Shown: positions 1 through 11,787, counted from the first letter of the stretch. The stretch: DNA of 64,000 bases from Octopus sinensis (GCF_006345805.1 NC_043016.1:4464001-4528000); one strand, 5' to 3'. Notes: generated by a model from the sequence alone, not told the origin. Numbers and translations: made by a program.

Positions 1-1849
1 CGCAGAGTGAGAGCAATACCGAAGACAGAGCTGAATGCAAAAAACAGGATTGAAGTGATCAATACTTTAGCCATACCAGTCGTGACATACAGTTTCAATA
101 TTGTTAACTGGTCAATTACTGAAGTACGTAATCTTGACAGCAGAATACGAAAATTGTTGACAATGCATAGAATGTCAACAATAATATACAATGCACCACC
201 CCAAGGCAGATGTAAAACGATTTTACCAGCCAAGGAAAGAGAGTGGTCATGGACTTTTACATCTGGAATTAATAATGAAGATTGCCACAAATGGCCTAAA
301 CACCAACCTGAAAAAACTCTGAGGATTGGATGTTAAAACTTGTCTCAAAACATGAAAACAAGAAAGCATCATACTCAGTAACAAAACAAGCAAAGAAATA
401 TTTAAGTGAACTCCAAATACAAATTCTAGAATTTGACTACAAGAAACAAGTATAGTAAAAGCTAAGTGTATGAAAACCCGTGCTAAAACTGCTGTCTTTG
501 CTATTCTGAATGATAAATGGCAAGAAAATACCTCTCAATGGCAAATACCCAAAGAGATGTTGACAAAGACCTGACCCATCAATGGCTAATGGCCTCTGGC
601 TTAAAATCTGAAGCAGAAGGGTTTATCATAGCAGCCCAAGATCTATGCCTACCTACATGAAACTACCAGGCCAACATATTAAAGAACGGCAGTAGCCCAA
701 CATGTTGTATATGTCAACAACAAAATGAAACCATTGATCATATTGTCTCCAAGTGCAGTCTTCTTGCGCCTACAGAGTATCTCAACAGGCATGATAGTGC
801 TGCATAATATATTCATTGGGTAATTTGCAAAAGCCTGGACTTGCCCCATGATAAAAACTGGTGGGAACGCAAATCACCGCCAGTGCTTGAAAATGACCAC
901 ATCTCACTCCCCTGGAACTTCACCATTCAAACTGACAGAAAGATAGACGCGAATAGGCCAGACATCATAGTCAAAGACTTCAGACAAAAAACATGCCACC
1001 CTCGTTGATATGACTGTCCCAATCGATATAAACGTATCTGTCAAGACCTACCAAAAACTGAGCAAATATAAAGATCTTGGAATAGAAATTGGCAAAATGT
1101 GGAACCTGAAGACTAAAGCAATACCTGTTGTCATAAGTGCCCTGGGAATGATAGCAAAAGGGACTGATTGTTCTCTATCTCAGATATCAAGAAATTCAAA
1201 AATGGAAGAAATAGACAGAAAGATAGATGCAAATATGCCAGGAGTTCTGTTGAAGGATTTCAGACAACACTCATGCCCCCTCAACAATATGACAGTCCCA
1301 ATCGACATAAATGTATCTGTGAAGACCTACCAAAAACTGAGTAAGTATAAAGATCTTGAAATAGAAATTGGCAAAATATGGAATCTCAAGACTGAAACAA
1401 TACCTGTTGTCATAGGTGCCCTAGGAAAACAGGGCAAAAGGGGCTGATTGCTACCTATCTCAGATATCAGGAAACTCCAAAATGACAGAAATTCAAAAGA
1501 TAGTGCTCATGGGAACTGCCCATATCCTATATAAATTACTGTCTATGTAATACCCAAAATATGTCAACCTGTAAACAGTGTGAAAATACTTTTAAATGTA
1601 CACAACAGCAAACACCCTTTTCTGTCATCTTAACATCAGAATTATCATCTTATAATCAAATTACTTTTAAAACAAACTTCTAATTTGCTCATGATTTGAC
1701 AGACATTCTCTAGAACAATACTCTGTGCAAAACCGAAATTACGGCACCCTAGGCATAACACCAACTTGAACTTCTAACTTGGTGTCACTTGAGCTCTCTG
1801 GGTGAGACTTGGAGTCAACTGGTACAAATACAAAACAAAAGCTAAACTT
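1..1849 (+). mobile_element. R4/Dong-clade non-LTR retrotransposon, 3' portion (post-RT region, CCHC finger, RLE endonuclease, 3' UTR), decayed
   Basis: ORF 7-336 reads KNRIEVINTLAIPVVTYSF. Downstream frames give PTCCICQQQNETIDHIVSKC, RHD, NRPDI and KYKDLEIEIGKIW. Stop at 1548-1550, then a 3' UTR ending in an (AAT)n/(GAT)n tail from about 1850. Multiple stops and frameshifts. Confidence 0.9.
934..1493 (+). repeat. Diverged 280-bp tandem duplication of the RLE-coding segment
   Basis: gacagaaagataga begins at both 934 and 1214. The peptide MTVPIDINVSVKTYQKLSKYKDL occurs twice in ORF 1010-1447. Confidence 0.92.
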
Positions 1850-1993
1850 AATAATGATAATAAAAATAATAATAATAATGATGGTGATGATGGTGATGAT
1901 GATGCTGATGATGATGGTGATGATGGTGATGATGATGCTGCTGCTGCTGATGATGATAATAACACTGACACACACATTTACATATGTGCACAT

Positions 1994-2207
1994 AATCTTT
2001 TCTACTAAATGCACAAGGCCTGGAATTTGGGGGAAGGGCATAAGCGATTACATCGATCCCAGTACTTGACTGGTTCTTAATTTATTGATCACGAAATGAT
2101 GAAAGGCAAAGTCGACCTCAGTGGAATTTGATCTGAGATCGTAGCAGCCGACGAAATAACGCTAAACATTTCACCCGGCTGCTAACGATTCTACCACTTC
2201 GCTGCCT
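1994..2207 (-). mobile_element. tRNA-derived SINE with Meta/MESC-like core (family A)
   Basis: Reverse-complement match to the cleaner copy at 52141-52380 (A-box-like head, B-box-like gatcaaattcc, gcctttcatc core). Confidence 0.8.
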
Positions 2208-2227
2208 CAGTGCCAGCTTGCTGCCTT

Positions 2228-2228
2228 G

Positions 2229-2268
<40 letters not shown>

Positions 2269-2273
2269 TAATA

Positions 2274-2352
<79 letters not shown>

Positions 2353-2357
2353 TAATA

Positions 2358-2436
<79 letters not shown>
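2228..2436. repeat. Compound (AAT)n/(GAT)n microsatellite
   Basis: Directly visible; source of the poly-N/D/I/M ORFs. Confidence 0.98.
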
Positions 2437-2438
<2 letters not shown>

Positions 2439-2992
2439 GCCCTGATGCAGTACCAGGCAGTGGCTGTCATGGCTTCTGATCTTAACTGATTGGAAGTGTT
2501 ATCATGTACATCGTTTTGTTTTGGTATAAAAGATGGGCTACAGCAAATATTCTGCTCAATACCACAGATTTGCTTGTCAGTTGTTTGACCTTAACCAGTT
2601 GAGCATGTCCCTTAGTGGCTGACGATATGTGCATCTCTGATCACGAGCAGAAGTAGTGGGGGAGCACCATAGCCATGTGTTGAGAGGAATTCTTTGGGGT
2701 TTGAATAATTCACCTCTGGAAACATGGGTGTTTCGTTCAATATCCTTAAACAACCCTTATTCGGGGACCTTTTGAGCGAGATGGGCTACTCGACCAGAAG
2801 AAAATTCTAACTGGGCCCCAACTGCAAGGTCATGTGCTGTTTATCTTGATATGAGATCACCATGTCGCGCACATATGGTTGTGATGCATGTGCCTGGTGT
2901 ACCCTTATCAGACGGGTAGTCATGATGGGTATACTGGGATTCGTATATTTTACTCCAGAGGCACTTTGATGGCATGCACTGCTCTCTCACTC
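2439..2992 (+). mobile_element. About 555-bp SINE-like element embedded in (AAT)n, unclassified (family X)
   Basis: Homologous to 11788-12320 and 34630-35154 on the minus strand. All share the 5' start gccYtgatg. Ends in an (AAT)n tail. No ORF and no clear A/B boxes. Confidence 0.85.
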
Positions 2993-3029
2993 AATAATAA
3001 TAATAAGAAGAAGAAGAATGATAATTTTA

Positions 3030-3233
3030 AAATTTTGCACTAGGCCAGTAACTTCGGGGGAAGGGAGTAATCAATTACATCGATCCCAGTACTTAACTGG
3101 AAATTATTTTATGAACCCCAAAAGCATGAAAAATAAAGTCAACCTCGGCGTAATTTGAACACTGAACATGAGGACAGACTAAGTGCTGCTAAACATTTTT
3201 CCCCCAGCACAGTAACGATTTTGTCAGCTCGCC
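3030..3233 (-). mobile_element. Family A SINE, diverged
   Basis: Contains attacatcgatcccagtact and aaagtcaacctcggcgtaatttgaac, matching the reverse complement of family A. Confidence 0.75.
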
Positions 3234-3889
3234 AGACCAAGGCACAAAACCAGAATTGAGAGGTACGCTTCTGTTGCTTCTATTGATCAAATTGTTTCTA
3301 TTGATAGGAACTTAATTTTTGACCAGTAGTATATTATGTCAAAGCCTGAATGAGTTAAAAACAAAATTGATATGTGTTCAACTAATTGTGGCTTCTAAAG
3401 AAAATATTTCCTAATATAATAACTGTTGATACTATAAAGCAGCAGATGAGCTCTGAATAATTGAAATATATTGAAGAATAAATATTCTAAAATACTTCAG
3501 TTTTAAAGAATAAACAATTGATTAATAACTTGTAAAATTAATCAATATATTGATTAAATAATTCATAAATTTATGTTACTGCATCAGTAAGAGGTCTACA
3601 AAAAAACATAAAAAATAGTCAAGGGAATTAATTCTACAGTTATTTCCCTTGCCACACTAAACATTACTGGATTTTGAGTGGTAGAAGTAAAAAATTCTAA
3701 AAGCTAAGGAAGTTGATAAATAATCGAATATATTCTTTTAATTTCTCAACCAACAACTACAATTGTGCTCGCGTGTGTGTGTGTGTGCTGTGCGTCTGCG
3801 AATCTGGGTGTGGGTGTGCACTCATAAACGTATGTGCCTGTTTATTTCTCTGTGTATATTTCTCGTTTACTTCTATTAAACATTGGACT

Positions 3890-4275
3890 GGGAGCACACT
3901 GGTGCAGGGGCCTCGAAGATTTAATCGAATACGTGAAAACCCATAACTGTTTTTTTAAAGCCCGTTCTATATTGCCGAATCCCGAAGTAACGGCGGCGTA
4001 AACAAACCAAACACCGGCTGTCAAACACAAACACACATGTATACACACGTAAACAAGCACACGGATACACACACACGCACAAGCACACATCTGCGTGCGT
4101 GTACTCACACACACGCACAAGCACACATCTGCGTGCGCGTACTCACACACACACACACACATGACGGTCGTGTTCCAGTTTCCGTCTACCAAATCCAGTC
4201 ACAGGATTTTAGTCGGTCCGTGGCTACAGTAGAAGACACTTGCCCGAAGTGACATGCAGTAGGATTGAACTCAGT
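3890..4275 (-). mobile_element. tRNA-derived SINE with internal microsatellite (family B, CORE-like), degenerate
   Basis: tttccgtctaccaaatcc...agaagacacttgccc matches 24026-24430 and 50848-51310. An internal (CA)n tract separates the two halves. Confidence 0.7.
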
Positions 4276-4327
4276 GCGCACTTTCACAAACACACACACA
4301 CACGCACGCACACGCACACACGCACGC

Positions 4328-4389
<62 letters not shown>

Positions 4390-4394
4390 GATAT

Positions 4395-4618
4395 TTTATT
4401 TCACGTTGCTCCAGTTCCCTCAGCTGCAGAAATAAGTTGCGATGTCACACGGGTGCCAAGCTGCATTGGTCCCTTTGCCATCCCCTTGGAGAGGAGAGGG
4501 CCGGTATGCATGGGCGACTGCTGGTCTTCCTTAAACACCCTGGCGCGAACTTGTGCCTCAGAGGGTAATTTTCTAGGTGCAAATCCGTGGTCAGTCACGA
4601 CCGAAGGGGTTTCTACCT
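4395..4618 (+). mobile_element. Partial SINE (core plus 3' tail)
   Basis: Shares cacgttgctccag with family C copies at 10813 and 20004, but has a different tail. Confidence 0.45.
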
Positions 4619-4636
4619 TATATATATATATATATA

Positions 4637-4665
4637 TTTATTTTATTTATTTTATCTAGTTTCAG

Positions 4666-4669
<4 letters not shown>
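4637..4669 (-). mobile_element. Extreme 3' end of the CR1-group LINE, inside (TA)n
   Basis: Reverse complement gagctgaaactagataaaat is identical to 28078-28097. Confidence 0.65.
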
Positions 4670-4715
<46 letters not shown>

Positions 4716-4926
4716 CATACATACATACATACATATGTGTGCGTATGTATATGTGAGTGTGTATATGTATATATATGTGTATGTATGCGTATATATATAT
4801 ATATACATATACATACATGTGTGGTGTGTATGTATATGTATATATGTGTGTATATGTATATATATGTGTATATATGTATGTATGTGTGTGTATATATATA
4901 CATGTATGTATCTTTGTGTGTGTGTA

Positions 4927-4960
<34 letters not shown>

Positions 4961-4961
<1 letters not shown>

Positions 4962-5803
4962 GGCGCAGGAGTGGTAGTGTGGGCAGTAGCTTGGTTCTGG
5001 GTTCAGTCCCACCGCGTGGCATCTTGGTAGAGGGAACTTGGTAGACTGAAGCTGAAAGAAGCACGTCGTATATATATATATTATATATATATATATTATA
5101 TAGTTATTATTATTATAATTATTAGGGAATATTACTTCCAAGTACACAGGAAAAAGACATTCAAATTAGATGTACTAAAATGAACATCTCTCAATGTTTA
5201 GATCGTATAAATATATAAAAGTAGTTTTAGAGACAGAACCACCTTCAACTCAATCAACTCTGAAAGATTTTATACCCGACCACTCCATAAAATGTTAAAT
5301 ATTAAATCTTATACTAACTCTATATATTCTGAATCCCGTATTTTCCATTTATAAGACTACACGTGTAGTCTCATATCCCTCCCCACCACTACACACTCAA
5401 TAACACTATAAGAATAGTCAAATTTTCCACAAAAACTTAGTTCAATTTGAAAACTCCACTAGAATGGACGAAAGCACTGTTATATGATATATGATATAAG
5501 CTATATGATGTATAAAAACATGTAATTTACAAATAAATACCCGTATATATAAAACCATCCGAATTTCTGAGTACCTCATTTCTTCTCATGTACATCATTT
5601 CCAAACCTTCTAAAATACACACACACGCGCGCGCGCGCACGCACATATATATGTCTGTGTGTCGACGTTTGTCCCCTACCATCGCTTGGCAACTGACAAC
5701 CGATGTTGGTGTCTTTACTTCCCCGTAGCCGATATAATAAATACAAGGCAGTCCTCTAGCATGGCCGCAGTGAAATGACTGAAACGAATTAAAGAGTAAA
5801 GAG
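4961..5803 (+). mobile_element. Family B SINE split by an approximately 500-bp insertion in its internal microsatellite
   Basis: Head aggcgcaggagtgg at 4961. 3' half with gcatggccgcagtgaaatgactgaaac at about 5650-5803. Unrelated sequence lies at about 5130-5620. Confidence 0.7.
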
Positions 5804-5805
5804 TA

Positions 5806-6498
5806 TATGTGTGTGTGTGTGTATGTATGTGTGTGTGTATGTATGTATGTATGTATGTATGTGTGTATGTATGTATGTATGTGTGTATGTATGTATGCAT
5901 GCATGTATGTATGTATGCATGTATGTATGTATGTATATATGTATGTATGTATGTGTGTGTGTATGTATGTATGTGTGTGTATGTATGTATGTATGTATGT
6001 ATGTATGTATGTATGTATGTATGTATGCATGTATGTATGTATGTATGTATGCATGTATGTATGTATGTATGTATGTATGCATGTACGTGTGTATGTATGT
6101 ATGTATGTATGTATGTGTGTATGCATGTATGTATGTATGTATGTATGTATGTATGTATGTGTGTATGTATGTATGTATGTGTGTATGTATGTATGTATGT
6201 GTGTATGTATGTATGTATGTATGTATGTATGATGTATGTATGCATGTATGTATGTGTATGTATGTATGTATGTATGTATGTATGTATGTATGCATTATGT
6301 ATGTATGTGTATGTATGTATGTATGTATGTAGTGTGTATGAATGTATGTATGAATGTATGTATGTATGAATGCATGTATGTATGTATGTGTGTATGTATG
6401 TATGTATGCATGTGTATGTATGTATGTATGTATGTATGTATGTATGTATGTATGCATGTATGTATGTATGTATGTATGTATGTATGTGTGTATGTATG

Positions 6499-6529
<31 letters not shown>

Positions 6530-6712
6530 GTATGTGTGTATGTATGTATGCATGTGTATGTATGTATGTATGTATGTATGTATGTATGTATGTATGTGTG
6601 TATGTATGTATGCATGTGTATGTATGTATGTATGTATGTATGTATGTATGTATGTATGTATGTATGTATGTGTGTATGCATGTATGTATGTGTGTATGTA
6701 TGTGTGTATGTT
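5806..6712. repeat. About 900-bp (ATGT)n tetranucleotide microsatellite
   Basis: Directly visible; yields the MYVC/HTYI pseudo-ORFs. Confidence 0.98.
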
Positions 6713-7199
6713 TCTATACCAAACTGAATTAAATTCATTCTGTGACCAGTAAGAGTAATAGAATCAGGAAAGTACCCATGCCATTGGGTTTTGAATATTT
6801 TTGAATGTTGTGGTTCACGGATTCTCATGATGTAATGTCACCATTAATTGATTAATTGATTAATTAAAAATTCGTTCGAAAAAGCTGTAACGAATTGGCC
6901 CAGTATCCATCTGTTGTTATTTGTTCATTCATTATTCATCTCACTCGGAATCTGCTCCTTCCGTATATCCGAAATATATTATGGACCCTGCGTTTCTTAA
7001 TCAACCTCAGGGCTATTGATATACTCGGTCGGGTACAGTTAATCGTATGCATAACCTGAAAATCTTTCTGCCAGTACTTCGTAACAGCATATGTATTCCT
7101 CTATTTTTTGTTGTGTATATGTTTTACTTTTTGACCCAATCCGGTGCCTTACCAGTTAAGGGCCTGATTCACAATAATCCCGATTTATTATAATATATC

Positions 7200-7201
7200 T
7201 G

Positions 7202-7286
<85 letters not shown>

Positions 7287-7361
7287 GTATGTATGTATGT
7301 ATGTATGTATGTATGTATGTATGTATGTATGTATGTATGTATGTATGTATGTATGTATGTA

Positions 7362-7407
<46 letters not shown>
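7200..7407. repeat. Compound (CTAT)n(GTAT)n(CT)n(AT)n microsatellite
   Basis: Directly visible. Confidence 0.97.
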
Positions 7408-7783
7408 GGTGTGACTGTGTGGAAAGAAGCTTTTTCCCCAACCACGTGGTTCGCGGTTCAAACCCATTACGTGGGCAAATGCCTTCTGCTATAGCCTCGG
7501 GCCAACCAAAGCCTTGTAAGTGGATTTGGTAGACGGAAACTGAAAGAAGCCTGTCGTATATACTCATGTATTCGTGTGTTTGTGTCTGTGTTTGTCCTCA
7601 CCACCATCGCTTGACAACCGATGCTGGTGTTTTTACGTCTCCGTAACTTAGCGTAACGTAGAAACCGATTAAATAAGTACTAGGCTTACAATGAATAAGT
7701 CCAGAGGTCCATTTCTTCGACTAGATGCAGTGCTCCAGCATGGCCGCAGTCAAATGACTGAAACAAGTAAAAGAATAAAGAAT
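7408..7783 (+). mobile_element. Family B SINE, near full length
   Basis: B-box-like ggttcaaaccc, central gccttgtaagtggatttggtagacggaaactg, 3' tail gtgctccagcatggccgcagtcaaatgactgaaacaag. Confidence 0.85.
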
Positions 7784-7842
7784 ATATATGTGCGTGTGTA
7801 TGAGTGTGATTGTGTGTCTATATGAGTGTTTGTTCATGCGTG

Positions 7843-7881
<39 letters not shown>

Positions 7882-7884
7882 TGT

Positions 7885-8116
7885 AAGTGTGTGTATGTAT
7901 ATATTTTATTATGTTGAACCGTTAATCCTTACACATCTGTTTTTCTCCGTATTTTTATCGTTCTCTCTCCATTGTCTTTCCTCTCTATACTTTCTGTTGA
8001 AGAGCATCGGCCCGAAACGTCAAAGACTTTTCCATTATTCCTGAGCGTAAAACTAATACACATGCATGTCGTTTCCTCAGCTGTCTTCGTCTTGTGTTTC
8101 CTGTAAATTTGAACTA
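7885..8116 (+). mobile_element. Penelope-like/retrozyme-type terminal repeat remnant ending at (AC)n
   Basis: Contains a minimal hammerhead-like motif at 7990-8025 and terminates in a microsatellite. Classification is by inference. Confidence 0.55.
7990..8025 (+). ncRNA. Degenerate minimal type I hammerhead ribozyme motif
   Basis: cttt-CTGTTGA-A-GAGC(atcg)GCCC-GAAA-CGTC-aaag. Stem I is cttt/aaag and stem III is the palindromic ACGT. Deviations are A6U in the core and one mismatch in stem II. Confidence 0.55.
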
Positions 8117-10393
8117 CACACACACACGCACACACATGCACATACGCACGCGCGTGCGCAAAGACACACATGCACGCACAAATGCACTCATAAACACACA
8201 CGCACACGGAAGTCGTGTAATCTAGTGGCTAGCGTCCTACAGTTGCGATTGCTAGATTGCTGATTTTCCTCCCAGATCGGGTACTGCGTTGTTTTCTAAG
8301 TGCAAAACACTTCATTTCACGTTACTCTCTAAGTGGGAGTGAGGAACAATCACAAACCCCCACCTGCCTGAAGAAACTAACGGAAAAACACTCAAGTATT
8401 CAAAACAAGCCTAGTCATTGTAGCCGAAGTTCTTGTAGTGTACTTAACGGTGGCAGGAGAGGGTACATCTCCCACCCCTGCACCAGGTTGTATATTGAGC
8501 ACTGGAGTAGGCTCGCATGAACATAACTTTCTCCAAAACAGGCCACACACACACAAAATATGAGTGAAAGAAAGTGGAATACACAAGACTCTTTATTAAT
8601 CACTACGATCGTTTCGACTCATCGCACATCAGTGTCACGCGGATGAGATGCAGCGAACTGGCTTTAAAAGGCGTACTAGAAGTTGTATATCCACTCCTTT
8701 TAAAGCCAGTTCACTGTGCATGTGTGTGTATGTATATATGTACACATAAAACATGAATAAAGATATATTAAAAAGCAAAAGATGCCTTGAATTTTATTAT
8801 CAAATGAAAGTAAGATTGTATTTACAACTTCATTACAATAAGTCACCGGTTTCAATAACTTTAAGAGATGTTTTAGTCATGCTGCAATAAAGGGGAAAAT
8901 GAAATGAAATCATTTTAATTATATTAATCTTTCCTGATGGGATGAAGAAAGATGTGTGGAAATACTGAATTTGAATTCTAAGGCCTATCACACACTGTGC
9001 CACTCTGACATAAATAGATATTCCCGCTAGGTGTATATACACATATTAATTACTCAGCCATTTACACGTTGATAACGAACTCTAGAAAGTTCAACATAGA
9101 AACCCAAAGAAGATTAATCACGGTTTGTGAAAACAGTGCTTTATACACAGACAGATAGAAACACACGCCCACACATTCACATGTATTAGTAATCTCATCT
9201 GAACTGATATATCGCTATGCAGCATATTGTGGGAAAATTGTCGCTAATATAAGGCATAGTGATATTGAACACGAAAGAACATGACGTGAAGCAAAAAACT
9301 GAACATATATGCATCAGTGTATATACACACAAACAGAAACAAACACCCCCAATGCAGGCACACACAAACATACATTTACACACACAAACACATATATATT
9401 TACATAGTGTATGATATATGCATACACCTATATATATCTATATAATATATATCTGTGTACATATCAAAATAAATACACGCAAATATTTAAATAAATCATA
9501 TACATGTATATGTATGGATGTATATATATATATATATATACACACATATATATAATATATAATATTATATATATATTATTATATATATACACACATATAT
9601 ATATATATATATACATCTACACACACAAATACAATTATAACTTAACTATACATATTATATACAGACTTATATATTATCTATATGCATGCTTAAATATATA
9701 TATGTACATATATGTGTGGTGGTGTATATATATAAATATATTGTATATATATATTAATGTTATATATATTATCTATATATATATATATGGTACAACATAT
9801 ATATATAATGTATATATATATATATATATGTGTATATGTATATATATATATATATACATATATGTATATATATATCAGTCTTATTATATAATATATAATT
9901 GTGTGTGTGTGGGTGTGTGTGTGTAGGTATATATATACATTTTGCATGCATTCTTGTATATATGTATGTATCAAGTATAAAGGGATTGGAAGTGCAAAAA
10001 GGAAGAGTACTCTAGTATGTTTTAAGAAACGATGATAACAAGCAAGTAGCATCGTCTGAAGTAAACGGTCAGTTAGAACACTTAGTACTATTTTATTACA
10101 GACAAAGGAGAAAGTTATTTTATCAGAAGCTCAAAAACGGTCGTAAACATATTTTCACTCGGTGTTCTATAATAACAGAAAACCCCACAAATTAACAAAG
10201 AGTATATATCTAATATATATATATATATATATATATCTATATATATATATATATATATATATATAACATATATATATATAGTATAAACTATGTATAATAT
10301 ATATGCATATGTATATATATAGTTATATATATATATATATATGTGTATATATATATATTATATATATATTGTATATATATATGTATAAATATT

Positions 10394-10445
<52 letters not shown>

Positions 10446-10662
10446 GTATATATATATATATATATTATATCTATATATATATATATATATAGATAGATAG
10501 ATATATATAAACCTATATGTTTCATACACATAGACACATATATGTGGCAAATGCACACATCCATATATACGCACACATACACGAATTCAAATGTTGAAGA
10601 TAACAGTCGCTGTTGAAAAAAAATGAACGGTAATGGCGAGACAAGGTATAACGAAGTGATAA

Positions 10663-10762
10663 NNNNNNNNNNNNNNNNNNNNNNNNNNNNNNNNNNNNNN
10701 NNNNNNNNNNNNNNNNNNNNNNNNNNNNNNNNNNNNNNNNNNNNNNNNNNNNNNNNNNNNNN
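10663..10762. other. Assembly gap (100 N)
   Basis: Run of N characters; the true length is unknown. Confidence 1.
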
Positions 10763-10812
10763 GATACTTGAAAAATATATCGATAGGTGGTTAGATCTGT
10801 AGTATAGATATT

Positions 10813-11124
10813 GGCACTCCGTCGGTTACGACGACAAGTGTTCCAGATGATCCGATCAATGGAACAGCCCGCTCAAGAAATTAACGTGCAAGAGGCTGAG
10901 CACTCCGCAGGCACACGTTACCTTAACGTAGTTCTTGGTGGGACTCAGCTTCACACAGAACGTGACAAGGCTGGCCCTTTGAATAACAGGCGCAACTAAA
11001 TTTTCTTGGATTGGAGCAACGTGAGTTAGTGTGTCTTGCTCAAAGACTCAACGTACCGCCATAATCCGAACTCATGATCCTCAGATCGTGAACTGAGTAC
11101 GCGAAGTACCAAGCCACGTGCCTT
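10813..11124 (-). mobile_element. tRNA-derived SINE (family C, CORE-like)
   Basis: Minus strand has head aaggcacgtggctt, B-box-like gagttcggatt, ttgagcaagacac core and tail gtcgtaaccgacggagtgcc. Homologous to 20004-20285. Confidence 0.75.
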
Positions 11125-11345
11125 GACCTATATTAACATATGCACAGTCATACGCATCTATATTTATATACAGATACGTACTTATATTTAAGTCTTCGTC
11201 TTTACTTTCTGAATTTAAATTCTGCCGAGATTCACTTTGCTTTCTTCATTTTGGAGTCAATAAAATATGTTTTGGTTGAGCCCCGGAGCAGATGTCATCG
11301 ATTGTCCATCCCTCAAAATTGTGTGCACTGTGCCTATACTAGAAA

Positions 11346-11725
11346 TCTTTATATATAAAAGTGAGGTTGTGTGCTGTCTGTCTCCTACGATTTAGATTCC
11401 TAACTACTCCCACATTTTGCGGTGCAGTTTAACCAAAACCGGGTATCTTATAGTCGTGATTTATATCGAGCCCTTCTACGATGAGTCTACGATTTAAAAA
11501 ATAATTTACCATAAATTTTTCCCATTTTTAATGCATTTTTGGCATATATAAGGGAAGTAACTCTCTAAAAATTTATTATTAAATCTCAGAACGTAAAAAG
11601 CTACAGTAACACCCACCCCCTTTGTGGTTAGCCATATTGAGATGGCTATTATACTTTACATCTCTAAAAATGCTTATACAGTTATTTCCCTTACAAACCC
11701 GAGCAACGCCGGGCGATACTGCTAG
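11346..11725 (+). mobile_element. Non-autonomous Helitron
   Basis: 5' a|TC at 11346, subterminal hairpin cccg-agcaacgc-cggg at 11698-11713, 3' CTAG|t at 11722-11725. These are the canonical Helitron termini in an A-T target. Second copy at 58626-59137. Confidence 0.85.
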
Positions 11726-11740
11726 TGTTTAATAATCCAA

Positions 11741-11782
<42 letters not shown>

Positions 11783-11787
11783 TATTA

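Noticed and set aside
5447-5485. ttgaaaa-ctcca(ctagaa)tggac-gaaa-gcactgtt as a hammerhead
   Set aside because: Only the TCCA/TGGA hairpin plus GAAA fit. The core has several changes and stems I and III do not pair.
5527-6828. Long ORFs (up to 254 aa) of MYVC/HTYI repeats; likewise 53638-56231 (up to 369 aa)
   Set aside because: They are translations of (ATGT)n/(TACA)n microsatellite, which lacks stops in several frames. There is no coding signal.
9380-10660. TA-rich ORFs and sequence next to the N gap
   Set aside because: Degenerate (TA)n/(CA)n microsatellite beside an assembly gap; nothing interpretable.
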